DNA of 64,000 bases from Takakia lepidozioides (GCA_030704615.1 CM060732.1:70494001-70558000), one strand, 5' to 3'; counted from the first letter of the stretch, positions 1 through 13,599 are shown. Notes: generated by a model not told the origin, from the sequence alone. A program made the numbers and translations.

Positions 1-444
1 TTCTTTGGGCGAGGACTGAGTTGGATATCGTTAATCATTGTTTCTCTACGAACTAGTTTCTGGGAGGCTGTGGAACATTTATCCGTCATGTTTGCAAGCC
101 TACGTAGTAAGCTTCGCACTAAGTAGCATGTCTTGCCAATAAAAACAATGGATGGAGTGGGCGTGCTCATGATGATGCCATCTCAATTCAAAAACATACA
201 AATTATACATATGATGCGCTACTCCCCCCACAGAAATCCACTTAACGTGTGGATCACTGGACTTGGCCTTCCATCCATCAAAAGAGCAACTATCTAGGTA
301 GCTCGCAGATTGTAATTGAGAAGGAGACAAATTTTACGTAGCGCAAAGACAGAAAATAGACTGACGTATTATGTTCGAAGGTCAGACAAACAAGCTGCGT
401 GTTGTTCCCTTCAAGGTATAAGAAGATCAACGTATGGAGGTAAA

Positions 445-812
445 TGTTGGAGTTACAGTTCGCCCGTTAGTTACTAATTACTTACTGTAGAGAGTAATCT
501 CTGATGTGACTAGATAGAATGATTAGCTAGACAGGCTACAACTATTCTGCATGACCCATGGGTGACTGTTGACATGCCGCCTGGCAATTGGTTTTTGAAC
601 TGCTGATTCAAAGTGGGCCGCCGCCACTATTTTGAGTATATAGGGTGGAGGCTGTCCAAAGTACGATGATGGATGCATAGGTACACACAGAGTGTAGTAT
701 CAAGGGTTAAGCATCACAGTGTCTTCTCAATGATCAATAAAAGTACTCTAGCTTACTCCAACTAAGTCTTGTGGTTGTCACTACTATGATACAGTAGCGT
801 TGTTTTCCTAAA
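445..812 (+). repeat. 5' LTR of copia element
   Basis: Starts TGTTGGAG, ends TTTTCCTAAA. About 16 substitutions and 2 indels versus 15496-15861 by manual count. Confidence 0.93.
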
Positions 813-826
813 GGTTATGGGCCCAC
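813..826 (+). promoter_or_regulatory. Primer-binding site complementary to the anticodon arm of tRNA-iMet (half-tRNA priming)
   Basis: GGTTATGGGCCCAC directly abuts the LTR end. It is the reverse complement of GTGGGCCCATAACC in plant initiator tRNA-Met. Confidence 0.88.
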
Positions 827-852
827 GTTTGCTGAAGCTGTAGGAATTAGTG

Positions 853-3800
853 ATGACGTCCAAGGGCATAGAGATCAAGGAGTTGAGTAATATTGAGAGG
901 TTTGATGGAGATAACTTCCAACTCTGGAAGTTCCAGATGCAGGTGGTTTTCAGATCGAAGAAACTACTTAGTCTAGTCGAGGGAGTGGAGACTAGAGCGA
1001 CAGCCGAGAATGAGGAGGTATGGGATGAGAGAGACAATGCAGCTACTATGCTCATATGTTCAGCAGCAAATAGGAAATACTTACAACAGTTGATCAATTG
1101 TAAATCTGCTGCGTTCATGTGGAACAAGTTGAAGTTAGTACATGAGCAGAACATGAGTTAGTACATAAGTGAGAACATCCATATCCTTCAGCAAAAGTTC
1201 TTTGAGTACAGAATAAGAGAGAACGATGATATTTCGACTCATATTAGTACCATTGAGTCTATGGCAAACAGATTGAGTGACCTAGGAGAGGCCACTTCAG
1301 AGAAAGCCGTGATTACAAAGATTGTGTGTAGTCTGCCGCCTAGTTACAGGCATCTTTTATCAGCGTGGGATAGTGTACTTCCTGAGAATAGAACATTGGG
1401 GAATCTAACATCGAGGTTCCTGAAGGAAGAGTCATTGAATAAAGAACGAGGGAATGCCGATGAGCAAGGAGATAGAGTTTTCTTCGCGAGAAAGGGAGGT
1501 AACCGAGCCGGTGGAAGTAGACTGCAAGAGAGACTGTCTGAGGAGCAGAAAAAGCAGCGCAATGAGAGAATCAGTGAGCTTAAGAAGAGAACCAGATGTA
1601 ATAATTGTGGAGAGAAAGGCCACTGGGAGAGGGAGTGTCCAAAGAAGAAGAGGGAGATCGATCTTGGAAGTAGTAGTGAGGTCAATCAAACTTCAGCCGA
1701 TGCAAGCACAGAAGAAAGAAGAGCCTATATAGCAGTATCCAAGGTTTTTGTTGTCATCAATGATAGAGATGACAGTTCAAATATCAAAAGAGAGTCTATT
1801 GTTGCACTCGCTTATGATGAAGGTGACAATATCTGGTATGCCGACGGTGGAGCAACCGAGTACATGACAGATAAGTTGAGATAGTTCAAGAATCTCAAGA
1901 GTGTTGAAGAAGGTCGATGGCCTGTGGCTGTTGCTGATGATCGACAAATTTGGGTTAGAGGAGTTGGTGACATTGATGTCAAGTGCTACGTACATGGCCA
2001 GTGGGAGTATGGGACGTCAACTGATAGACAAAAACGGTACAGGCAAGGTGGTCATGACTGGTAAGAGAGATGGAAAGTTATATAAACTTCTGATAGAAGT
2101 GGTCACACCAACTAGCCAGTCAAATTGTGTGGAAGAGAGGTTAACCAACGCCAGAGCCTATATTGGCGAAACTACAGCCGAGAAAGAGTCTCAAACTCTG
2201 GCACCATAGATTTGGTCACGTGAATTGTAACATGCTGATCAAGATGTCTAAGATAGGCATGGTAGAAGGACTGAATATCCGTGAAGGAGAGATTGAGGTG
2301 AGCTTTTGTGAAGGCTGTGTACATGGCAAAAATCACAGACAGGTTTTCCCAGTCAATGAGAGTAGAGCGAAGGCTGCAGCCCCGGGAGAATTGTTGCACA
2401 CAGACGTGTATGGCCATATGCATGTAGTGTCACAGGGAGGAGCCAGATATTTTGTTCATTTTAAGGATGACTTCTCTAATTATAGAGTCATATATTGTGT
2501 GAGCAAGAAGTCAGATGTCTTTGACTGTGTAAGAGACATGGTAAAGAAGACGAGCAGAGAGACTGGTCTGAGAATTAAGAGATTAAGGAGTGACAGAGGA
2601 GGGGAGTACGTCAGTGAGAAGATGAGGAAATATCTTGATGATCAAGATATTTTTCATGAGATGAGTGCTCCCTATTCACCGGAGCAAAATGGTTTCTCAG
2701 AAAGAGAGAATAGAACCATAGTTGAGTCTACAAAGAGTATGTTGCATGCAAGTGGAATGGATCTGAAATTTTGGGCTGAAGCCATGCATACAGCTGTGTA
2801 TGTGTTGAATAGGTCAGGAAGCCGAACACTAAGTGGTGTTACGCCAGTGGAAGCATGGAAGGGAATCAAGCCATTAGTGGCACATTTAAGAGTTTTTGGA
2901 TGCGAAGCTTTTGTGTTCATTCCAAAGAGCTTAAGGCACAAACTCGAGTCTAAGAGTAAGAAATGTCTGTTTCTTGGTTACTGTAGCGAGAGCAAAGCCT
3001 ACAGAATGTAGGAACCTGTGTCAAGAAAGGTTGTCATTAGTAGAGATGTAGTCTTCAATGAAGACATAATCTCAGAACGTTTTGGGGGAGAGAAGGCAGC
3101 AAGAGAGACTGAGGGAAAGTTTTCAGAAAAGGAATGCATGGATCCTTCAGTTGGTTCCACAATCACATTAATTGAGTTACCAGGAGCAACAGACCAAAAA
3201 CTTGTCACTGAGGAGGTCCAGTTACAAGGTATTACAGAACCAAATGATGGGATTTGGTTGATTTGCCGCCAGGAAGGAAACCTATTCATTGTAAGTGGGT
3301 GTTTAAGTTGAAAGTCAATCTTGATGGAAGTGTGCAGCGATATAAGGCTAGGCTAGTGGCCAAAGGATTTTCTCAGCAGATAGGCATTGACTTTGGAGAG
3401 ACGTTTTCTCCGGTCGTCAAGTTTGATTATATCAGGACTGTATTGGCCATAGTAGCGAATGAAGATCTTGAGGTTTTACAGTTTGATATAAAGACAATGT
3501 TCCTAAATGGAGATCTAGAAGAAGAGATCTATATGATGGAGCCACCATGCTTTGAGGAGGAGGGCAATGAAACTAAGGTCTGCAGGCTACTGAAAAGCCT
3601 TTATGGCTTAAGGCAGACATCAAGAATGTGGAACAAGAGATTCAATGAGTTTCTAGTCAAGTACAAGCCGGTTCCGAGTCCTGCTAATCCATGTGTAAAT
3701 CTCAGAGCCACGTCTCCAAGGTTGATTGTGACAATATTTGTTGATGACGGACTGGTTTGTGGAAAACAAGTCGCAGCAATGGACGAAATGGTACAGGAGA

Positions 3801-4743
3801 TGAACGAGGTCTTTGAGGCCACAACTGGACCAGGAGAAGTGTATGTTGGTCTACATATTACACGAAATAGAGATGAGGGGCTCTTATACGTGGATCAGGC
3901 TCAGTATGTTAGAAGAATGATCAAGAAATTTGGCTTTGAAGATGCTAATCCAGTTGCTACTCCAACGGATCCGAACGTACATCTGTACAGTGAAGGAGAT
4001 TTCAATACTAGTCTCCACGATGAGCCAGAAATTATCAATTTCCCTTACACAGAGATTGTAGGGAGTTTAATGTTTGCGGCAATTGGCTCTAGACCAGAAA
4101 TCTCACATGCTGTGAGTTATGTTGCTAAATTCTCTGGCAATCCCAAGAGTGTACATTGCAATGCAGTCAAAAGAATCATGAAGTACTTAAAGGGAGCTTC
4201 TGACTTGGCAATTTTCTACTCAAGGAGTGGGAGTAACAGAAATGTGTTGACAGCATACTGCGATGCTGACTTTGCTGGAGACCTGGATGACAGGAAATCA
4301 AGGACATGAGCAGTGATTTTCCTGAATGGGGGGCCAATTTCATGGTGCAGCAGAAAACAAACGTGTACAGCCAGTTCAACAACGGAGGCAGAATATGTTG
4401 CTGCTAGTCTTGCCACGAAGGAGATCATATGGGCTAGAAGGTTGGTTGAGAGTATTGGATTCAAACAAAATGGTCCTACCAAGCTGTTCAGCAATAATCA
4501 AGGATGTATTCGACTGGTACATAACCCTAGTTCCATAAAAGAACAAAACACATTGATATTCAATATCACGTCATCAGAGAGAACCAAGAGATTGGTGTAA
4601 TCGACATTGCTTACATTGGTACATTGGAGCAGGTGGCAAATATTCTTACGAAGGCTATGACGCTAGACAAGTTTCGCAAATTACGTTTCATACTAACTCT
4701 TGGCACTCCTCCAAGGGCTTCAGATGCAGGAAGACCCATATAA
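853..4743 (+). pseudogene. Copia gag-pol polyprotein, disrupted by stops, frameshifts and internal deletions
   Basis: Motifs: gag FDGDNFQLWKFQM; zinc knuckle CNNCGEKGHWEREC; protease WYADGGAT; GAG-pre-integrase WHHRFGH; integrase RSDRGGEY/PEQNGFSER; RT YKARLVAKG and FVDD; RNase H YCDADFAG. Split over at least 7 ORFs. Confidence 0.93.
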
Positions 4744-4775
4744 GGTTTAGGATTGAAATTAGTAACAAGGCTTAC

Positions 4776-5443
4776 TGTTAGGTGCCAGGAACGAAGATCG
4801 ACCTGTCAACCAGTTTGGAATAACAAGAGATTGCTAGAATATCGCCGAACTGACAGTTGCAGGTAAAATAGAGCAGGCTCGCGTGCATGAAGAGATCCAG
4901 GACTAGGGATTTAAAAAGTGTACGTGGAGATGGCAAGATGGGTGGAGATGGCAAGATGGCGTACAGGCGCCTGGAGCAGATCTGGATGTGTGTGAAAGTT
5001 GATTTGTAGCACGGCGTGGTGGCTGGGTGGACCGGATGCTATAGCCGGTGCTGTGCTTTTAGAGTGTAGGTTGATGTTGGAATAGACGTCACTGGCCTTT
5101 GATGCCTTGCAATGGCAGGGACTATGATTTCTCTTTTGTATAGAGTGATGGTGTAAACCCTGTGAATAGCTTGGAACAAGAAAGGTTCGCTTTAAGACTT
5201 GTGAATATGCTTTCGTGAAGAACAGGGGTGAACGATCGTGGAGTGGAGTGATCTCTATTACGATCTGAGTCAAAGAATTGTGACTGGAATAAGAGAGGCT
5301 GGTTACATGAGGCCCATATTGTTGTTGATTCAAGCAAGCATATTTCTTGGGATCCTGATAGATTCCCTAGGAACGGCAAGATAAACAAAGCGCCTGAAAT
5401 GGTTCTGTAGTTGGACTGAGAAAATAGAGTTAGATACTTTTCA
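4776..5443 (+). repeat. 5' LTR of gypsy element (668 bp)
   Basis: TGTTAGGTGCC...ATACTTTTCA. Matches 10153-10600 joined to 15251-15480. Confidence 0.93.
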
Positions 5444-5445
5444 AG

Positions 5446-5458
5446 TGGTATCAGAGCC
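5446..5458 (+). promoter_or_regulatory. PBS complementary to the 3' end of tRNA-iMet
   Basis: TGGTATCAGAGCC, 2 nt after the LTR end. Confidence 0.92.
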
Positions 5459-5522
5459 GTTTTGCGATCGGGGAGAACAGATTGTGAATTTTGGAATTTC
5501 CAGAAGTAGGGAAATCGTGTGA

Positions 5523-8500
5523 ATGAGCCAGATCTCGTTCGGCTCTGTGAGCACACACCCCGGTGATGACGATCAGGATAGTGAAATGGCGGGAGACCGT
5601 GAGCGCTCAGATGCAGTCAGTCTGCACCGAGCTTCAGATCGCGAACGTGGAAGTCAGTTGTTTTCCCAGCAGCAGATGGAGGCCTTAGGTACTTTGATTC
5701 GATCTGAGATACAGAAATTGGCCCTTGCACAAACTCAAACTGAAAAGCGATATAGGGAGCTGCCTATGAGTGAACCACTGCGACTCCCATGAGGCCAAGA
5801 TGAAAAGAAGCAAGGATGTCACCAGGGAAATCAGAAGATTGGTGAAATTGCCAAAATTTTATGGTAAGCCATCTATCAAGCCCGAGGAAATATTGTCTTT
5901 CCTGGATACATTAGAAGAGTTCTTTGAGGACGATTATTCAGAGGAAGCCAAGATACAGACAGCTGCTCTACAGCTCCGTGATGCCGCCAAGCTATGGTGG
6001 TCGCGCCAGAAGCAGGAACGCCGTGAACACAAAAAACCACATGTTGATAGTTGGGCTATGTTTAAGACACTGTTCTTAGCCCACTACCTACCTGGCGACT
6101 ATGCACACAAGATGAAAGTTGAATTGTTCAAGCTGAAACAGGAGACAATGAGCGTGGGAGAGTTTAAGACAAGATTTGAAACCCATGCCAGTTATTTCCC
6201 CTCGTTGAGTGAAGAGGACAGAGTTGATTTTTTTGTTGATGGCCTCAGTGATTCTCTCAAATTTAAGGTCAAGGCCTGCAACCCTCGTACCGAGGCAGAC
6301 GCATATCGTTTGGCCTGTAATTTTGAGAACGAAATGAGGGCACAACGTTTTTCGAATTTTGCTCATGGCACGGCAGAGTTCAAGCCTAGATCATCTAATC
6401 CTTGGCAGTCACCAGTGAAGAGAGGGAATTGGAAGAGATTTAAACCGTTTAAGAAGGTGGGGGATCAAGCTACATGGAGACCGCCCATGAGGGCTCCTCC
6501 AAGGCTCAGTTTCAAAGAGTAGGAAGAACACAGGCGTAAGGGTTTGTGTTTCTTGTGCCATGAACCCGGACACAGAGCTGCTGAGTGTATGAAGTACCCG
6601 AATTATCGTCAGGCTCGACAGACAGCCGCCTTGATAGTTGAAGAACCTGCAAAACCTTGTGCGGTTGTTGAAACTGGGGAGAAGTCAGGACAAGAAAAAG
6701 GGAAAGGTCCTAATGTGCGGGTTTCTGCAGCTATCATTGGAGACCAAATAGAGCATGACCCTAGTGTGATACGGGTTCAGGGGAGAGTGGCTGGAATTCC
6801 CACTCAAGTGCTGATTGATACAGGCAGCACTCATAACCTGTTGTCAAAGGATTTTGCTGACAAGTTGGGACTAGTTCAAGAAGACATGCAACTCTGTCAA
6901 ATCTTGTTACCAGATGGTGGCGTGAATTCTACGCACAAACACATCTCAAATGTACCAATGGTCATGCAAGGCGTACAAACTATGGCTGACTTCGAGGTCT
7001 GGGAAGGAGCTCGATACGACTGCATCATTGGCATGCAGTGGCTGGATCCGGTTGATGCTGTGGTGACTTGCAAGTCTGGACTGGTTAGTGGTACCTTGCC
7101 CAACGGGAAGGGATTCAATATCAGAGGTACTAGAGCTCTTCCCAATGTACATGTCTTGTCAGCTATTCAGATGAAGAGATGTATGCGAAAGGGAAATGCT
7201 CAGCTTTTTGTTGTTAGCTTGCATGAGGTCTTGGAAACAAATCAGGGAGAAGGGAGGTCACATCCCAGACTTGGCCTAATCCTAAATGAATATAAAGATA
7301 TGTTTCCTGATGAGATCCCTAGGATGCCCCTTGAACGGGAGGTCGATCAGCTATCGAGTTGATGTCAGATGCTGTACCGGTTGCAAGGGCACCGTACAAG
7401 CATTCAATTGCAGAAAAAAAAGAGTTAGAAAGGCAGTTGAATGATCTATTGGAAAAGGGCTATATTCGTCCAAGCAAATCCCCTTGGGGTGCCCCTGTAA
7501 TGTTTAAAAAGAAGAAAGATGGGACTTTGAGACTATGTGTGGACTATAGATGGTTGAATAAGGTCACCATCAAGAATAAGTTTCCTTTGCCTCGTGTGGA
7601 CGATTTGTTTGACTATCTATATGGGAGTCAGGTTTTTTCAACTTGATCTTCGGTTTGGATATCATCAGATACGGATCAAGAATTCTGACATACCAAAGAC
7701 AGGATTTCGATCTCGTTTTGGTCATTACGAATTCTTGGTGATGCCATTTGGGCTCACGAATGCTCCAACAACATTTACTCATCTAATGAATTCTTTGTTC
7801 CAGAAATATTTGGGGAAGATGGTCCTAGTCTACATGGATGATATACTAATATACTCGAAATCTGAAGAAGAACATGAACAACATCTACGCTTGGTCTTAG
7901 ACATACTGAGAGAGAACCACCTGTTTGCTAAGAGAAGCAAGTATGAGTTCTTTGTAGACCACATGGATTACTTGGGATTTTGCATCTCCAAAGATGGAAT
8001 CTCAATTGATCCTAAGAAGGTCCAGACATTGGTTGAATGGCCTAAGCCAAGTGATAAGACTGAAGTCAGGAGCTTTATTGGGTTTGCTAGCTTCCTACGG
8101 AAGTTTGTCAAATCTTTTTCACAAACTGCATCACCATTGACTGACCTGCCTAAGGACTCGAGTCCTGTAAGCTTGAGAGACGTCTAGACAAGAGAATGTG
8201 ATGACAGTTTCGAGAAATTGAAGTTTGCCTTAACACATGCTCCTATACTAAGATTGCTCGACCCTACGAAGGGAGCAATCGTACTGTGTACCGATGCAAG
8301 TGATCTTGCTATTGGGGCTGTGCTGATGCAGGATGGGCAAATGGTTGCCTATGAATCTCGAAAGATCAGTCCAGCAAAAAAGAATTACCCAACTCATGAA
8401 AAAGAACTGCTGGCAATAGTTCATGCTCTGAAGATATGGAGGCATTATCTGCTTCCAGTTGATTTTGTGATAGAGACTGACCATCAGAGTTTGAAATACT

Positions 8501-10130
8501 TGACCACATAGCCTCATTTGAGTCAGAGGCAGATTAGGTGGTCAGAACTGCTTCAGCAGTTCCATTATGACCTAAAGTATGTCAAGGGGAGAGAGAATGT
8601 GATTGCTGATGCACTTTCTAGGAGACCATTACAAGCTAATGTTGTCTCATGCATCAGTAGCACTATATTTCAAGACATTAAAGGTCAGTATGAGATTGAT
8701 AAATTCTTGAAAGAGCCATTCAAGAGTTTTACACGTGACTAAAGAACTTCTATTGAGAAAGAGAAGTACCGGCCATACCTCTTGAGAGATGGGGTGTTAT
8801 TTTAAGATGGTCAGCTGTGTGTTCCCCTGATTCCAGACTTGAGATTGCGGATTATTCATGACAATCATAATATTCCAATCTTTGGACACCCGGGCTTTCA
8901 GAGAACCTATTGGTCGATACGGAAGCACTATTTTTGGCCAGGTATGAAGAGAGAATTCAAAGAGTATGTGCAAAAATGTTTCCCCTGTCAGGATTTGAAG
9001 TCAGAGAGAGTCAGACCTCCTGGATTATTACAACCTTTATCTGCTCCTGGATGGAATTGGGAATCCATTAGCATGGATTTCATTGTGGCATTGCCCAGGA
9101 CCAGAAATGGCCATGACAGTATCATGGTGGTTGTAGATAGGCTGTCTAAGATAGCCCACTTGATACCTACAAGGATGAGTGCTACGGCATCTGATGTTGC
9201 ATCCTTGTACATGAAAGAGATATTCAGGATCCATGGTCTGCCTCGGGAGATTATTTGTGACAGGGACTCAAAGTTTACAAGTCATTTTTGGATTGACTTG
9301 TTCAAGAAATTGGGAACCAAGGTGAGACTGAGTACGGCCTTTCACCCAGAAACAGACGCTCAGACAGAAAGAACCAACCGTACAATAGAGGATATGTTGA
9401 GGATGTATGTTGGTGAAAGACAGTCCTCTTGGGAACAATATCTGTATATTATGGAATTTGCCTATAACAAGCATTTCCACTGTGCCATTGGCATGAGCCC
9501 ATTTGAAGCTTTATATGGACGAGATTGCTTAGCTCCTGCTTCGCTTATTGCACCACCATCAAATGTGTAGAGTGTGAATGACAGTATCAGAGAGATGCAC
9601 TCTGTACTGGACCTGGTGAAGCGTAGTATGCAGGCTGCGCGGGAACAGGCTAAGTTCTTTGCTGATAAGCACAGAACTTTTCATGAATTTGCCATTGGTG
9701 ATATGGTGTTTTTGAAAGTTACACCTAAAAGAAGCAATCTAACATTGGGCAAGTGTTATAAGTTGTCACCAAGGTTTTGTGGCCCGTTTAAAATCCTGGA
9801 ACGCCATGGCACAGTGGCCTATGAGTTGGATCTGCCTCCAACATGGAAGATCCACAAAACTTTCCATGTCAGCCTTCTCCGGAGGTATATGTCAGACCCA
9901 TCACACATCTTGCCGACGTTGCCTCAAGCCATGAATGATGGTCAACTGATGGCTGAACCCGAAAAGATTCTAGAAACGCGAGTGAAGCACCTACGCAAAC
10001 CGTTCTTGGAAAGAACATTTGATTAAGTGGTTGCATTACCCAGAGACAGAAGCTACTTGGGAGAAGGAAAATGAATTGACATTGAGCCTACATTGAGTTA
10101 CCCCTCATTTTCTGTCATTGAGGACAATGA
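5523..10130 (+). pseudogene. Gypsy gag-pol with C-terminal chromodomain, disrupted
   Basis: Motifs: retrotrans_gag; CFLCHEPGHRAAEC knuckle; protease LIDTGS; [14 protein letters not shown]; RNase H TDASD; integrase H2C2 and rve; chromo-like EPEKILETR...IKWLHYPETEATWE across a frameshift. Multiple in-frame stops. Confidence 0.92.
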
Positions 10131-10152
10131 CCTGTCTTTGGGAGGGGGAATT

Positions 10153-10600
10153 TGTTAGGTGCCAGGAACGAAGATCGACCTGTCAACCAGTTTGGAATAA
10201 CAAGAGACTGCTAGAATATCGCCGAACTGACAGTTGCAGGTAAAATGGAGCAGGCTCGCATGCATGAAGAGATCCATGACTAGGGATCTAAAAAGTGTGC
10301 GTGGAGAAGGCAAGATGGCTGGAGACAAGATGATGGCGTACAGGCGCCTGGAGCAGATCTGGATGCGCGTGAAAGCTGATTTGTAGCACGGCGTGGGGGC
10401 TGGGTGGACCGGATGCTATAGCCGGTGCTGTGCTTTTAGAGTGTAGGTTGATGTTGGATTAGACGTCACTGGCCTTTGATGCCTTGCAACGGCAGGGACT
10501 GTGATTTCTCTTTTGTATAGAGTGATGGTGTAAACCCTGTGAATAGCTTGGAACAAGAAAGGTTCGCTTTAAGACTTGTGAATATGCTTTCGTGAAGAAT
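10153..10600 (+). repeat. Gypsy 3' LTR, left part
   Basis: Colinear with the 5' LTR up to CGTGAAGAA(T). Confidence 0.92.
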
Positions 10601-11605
10601 GGGGGATGCTAGAGTGTGAGCCTAGCCACGTGAGCCCAGGAGCCTGACGTGAGCCTAGGACACGTGGCATGATTTTGGGAAAGATGCGGTGTCTATTTCC
10701 GTGGAAGAGGATCCATTACCGCAGAAACACGTCTTCATCCATATTAACCCTGCAACCCCAAACAGAAACCCTAACCCTTGTTAGCCTTAGGGACCCACCT
10801 CAACCCCGATAGTGAACCTCGCCATCCCGCCCATGTGCATGATACTGCGCACTGACATCATCCATGGGACCATCCATACATGCAACATTCATCCACAGTG
10901 TACATCCAATCGGGGTTCATCCATCCAAAAATATTCATCCTCCATCCATATGTGTGATGGCATATGTCGAATGACTGTCTACTGGACTATGCACATATTC
11001 ATCTCTGTTGAAAAACTTTTATTGAATGCACACGGTTGAATTTGAAAGCAATGATTAGAATGAAAACACTTTCAAATTCGCAAGACGCGGGGGAGAGAAT
11101 GTTTCAATTCAGGGATGTGAATTTCATTGTAGTCCGTGCTCATTACAACGGATGGTGGGAAGAGAAATGGTGGTGCAACGGAAAACGGAGAGTGTGTCCC
11201 CTCATGTTCCATAAATGAATGCCCTCTGCAAGTACATCCGTAGGTGGTATCAACACTGCTACTGCTACCACCTGAATCTGCTGAACTGCTAGAAGTACTG
11301 CTACCACCTGAAACTGCTGCACTATCATCTATGAAGAGGTGCCTTAGCGTCTTCCTGGAACTCCAACGCAAAGGTAGGGGAGAAAGCACAGCTGCTTGCA
11401 CACGAGCAATGTCTTCCGCGTAATCGGGAAGGACATAATTAGGAGGTGGGCTCTAGCACAAGTCCCTCAAGTATATGGAAGACAGGGGCCACGGGAGTGC
11501 GTTCACATTCCTGCAATCAGAAATGCACCATTTGGGTAACAATCAGACAACAGAAGGGGACGCGACAGAGCATATACACAGGGATCAAATAGACAGAAAA
11601 TGAAC

Positions 11606-12524
11606 TTACTCACATGAAAAGTCATTGTCCAGGTCTTTGTCGTCACCGTCGAGGATATCAATTTGCGCAGTGACATCCTTGACATTGGAGGTAGACGCGC
11701 CCCCTTGCAACTCGGCGAGGAGGCCACTGAAAATATCTGCATCTCCTTCCATACCAAACAAGTGCCTGCCATCTGCCTTGCAAGCATGGTAAGAAGCGCC
11801 TGCAAGAAACAAATTGAAGGAATTAGAGTTTTAGAATATTGAGTAAAGAAGGTGCAGAAAAAAAAATTTTTGATGACAAAGGCAAGAAGAGAAACATGTG
11901 CCGAGAGTAAGATCTATGATGCGGGCCCCTGGCCGAGAACAACTCTCAATGATCGTTTGGATAAAAGCCGGACTTTTTTCACGAGCCCCTCTCCAAGGCG
12001 TTCCATTTGGCTTTCGCAAACATACGTTGGAGTCGACATAGTTGTAGTGCATGTAGTCGACGACATGATCGAACCTCTCGTTTATGAAACATCGTCCCCC
12101 ATGAAGCTCGAACTCCTCCACTGTGGTGGGAGTCGACAGTGGATGTACCCTCACGAGACAGACGGCCTCAAATAGACGGGTCTGCGATGAAGAGGACAAT
12201 AATTAGTGAGGAATGTTTCATAACACATCTGGGTGGGAGTGCATACCCATTCTGGATGGAACTGGTTCAGAGTCATTGCTCATGCACCGCCATAACTGAG
12301 TGCGCTGAAGCACTCAATTCAGGCAGTGCGAACAACATGACTTCATAACAGTCAGTACAGTGGAACTTCAACAGAGAAGGCATAAAAACGAAGTATTTGA
12401 AACCCACCTTCTGCCCTGGGCAATCCCCCTTCGTCAGATATAGGCTGTTGACACAGTTCCAGGTCTTGATAATCCGCATCCCCGAGGCTTTCAAGTAGCT
12501 TGCCAGCTCCCGACGACATCTCAT
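11606..12524 (-). pseudogene. Spliced beta-class amino (N4-C/N6-A) DNA methyltransferase-like gene, N-terminally truncated, TE-borne
   Basis: Exons ~12524-12408, 12181-11896 and 11799-~11610 join by GT-AG introns. They give PWRGAREKSPAFIQTIIESCSRPGARIIDLTLGT-C-ASYHACKADGRHLFGMEGD, matching the motif X/I/II pattern (KP..L..II...S.PG..VLD.F.G.G.T..A....GR...G.E.D) of N6_N4_Mtase. The gene may continue into ORF 11072-11401. Confidence 0.72.
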
Positions 12525-12786
12525 CGTGACAGATTGTATGATAACAAAAAAATAAATAAATAAATAAAAAAATCCCTCTCCTCCCCCCCCCTCGGGGGAA
12601 CTGAGTGCGTCAACGCACTCAATTTCTTTATGATCATGATTTCAGGATGATCATCGACGACAGGTGCGGGTCCGGATTTTCACCCTGGGTACCCGACGGG
12701 TTTTGGGGGAAACCCAAACCCACCCCCCCCCCCCCGAGAACTGAGTGCGTCAACACACTCAATTTTTTCATGATCATGATTTCAGG

Positions 12787-13316
12787 ATGATCATTGACAA
12801 ACTGGAGATGGGAAAGTTGGAGGACGCCGGCTTTCGTCTGCACTGATCTGTGGCGTCGACTCTTGGTGGCCTTGCTGCTATGGTGCCTCCTCCAGACGAT
12901 ATTTCGCATCCCACAAGAAGGAATGGCAAAACATTGCATCAGGTGGCTTCGGGGCCTGATCACGATGCGAAGGTGGAATCGGCCAGACTACTTCAGGCTC
13001 GGGTAACATGAACTATGGAAGTACCTTCACCTGGGTATGGACGGGTTTATACTTCACATCTGGGTCTGTTTGGCACGACAAGGCCTATCAGGTGACGGTG
13101 GGAAATTTTCCGGGGTGTACCTGTCCCGACTTCGTGTGCATGCGTGAGGAAGCTCTGGGAAAGAGAGGGTAATGGGTTCCCTGCAAGCATCTTTACTACA
13201 TCTTTTTGCGCAGGATGTATTGTGATCCCAAAAGAGACCAAATCATTCACCAGGCGACACTAGGTCCTGGTGAGGTACGGACACTTTTGCAGCGAGACAT
13301 TGGCAATATCGAGTAG
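12787..13316 (+). pseudogene. SWIM zinc-finger protein remnant
   Basis: Frame starting at 13116 reads CTCPDFVCMREEALGKRG*WVPCKHLYYIF (CxCx(n)CxH), preceded by YQVTVGNFPG. Internal stops and a frameshift. Confidence 0.8.
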
Positions 13317-13599
13317 TGTTGCATATGTTGCGATTTTTCGCAATGTCGGAAAGGGCTGCCTTGTTTGTAGAATATGTATACACAGTTCTTAAATTTGGAC
13401 AAGCAAGCGATGTCTCGTTATGAAATGTAGTTTATTTTTTCATCGGGTTTGGTTAACGAGCCTCTAAAATTGAGTGCGTCAACGCACACCACTTCTGCCC
13501 CCACCCCCAATATTGCCCCGGGCCAAATAATAATAATAATAATTGTTCGAGGGCCTGCCAAACATGGACAAGTGTTAGTATGAAAGCTCATTTTATTTT

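Noticed and set aside
11606-12524. Bacterial contamination or a restriction-modification system
   Set aside because: The MTase-like gene has GT-AG introns, sits within a TSD-bounded element in a plant LTR, and has no partner endonuclease.
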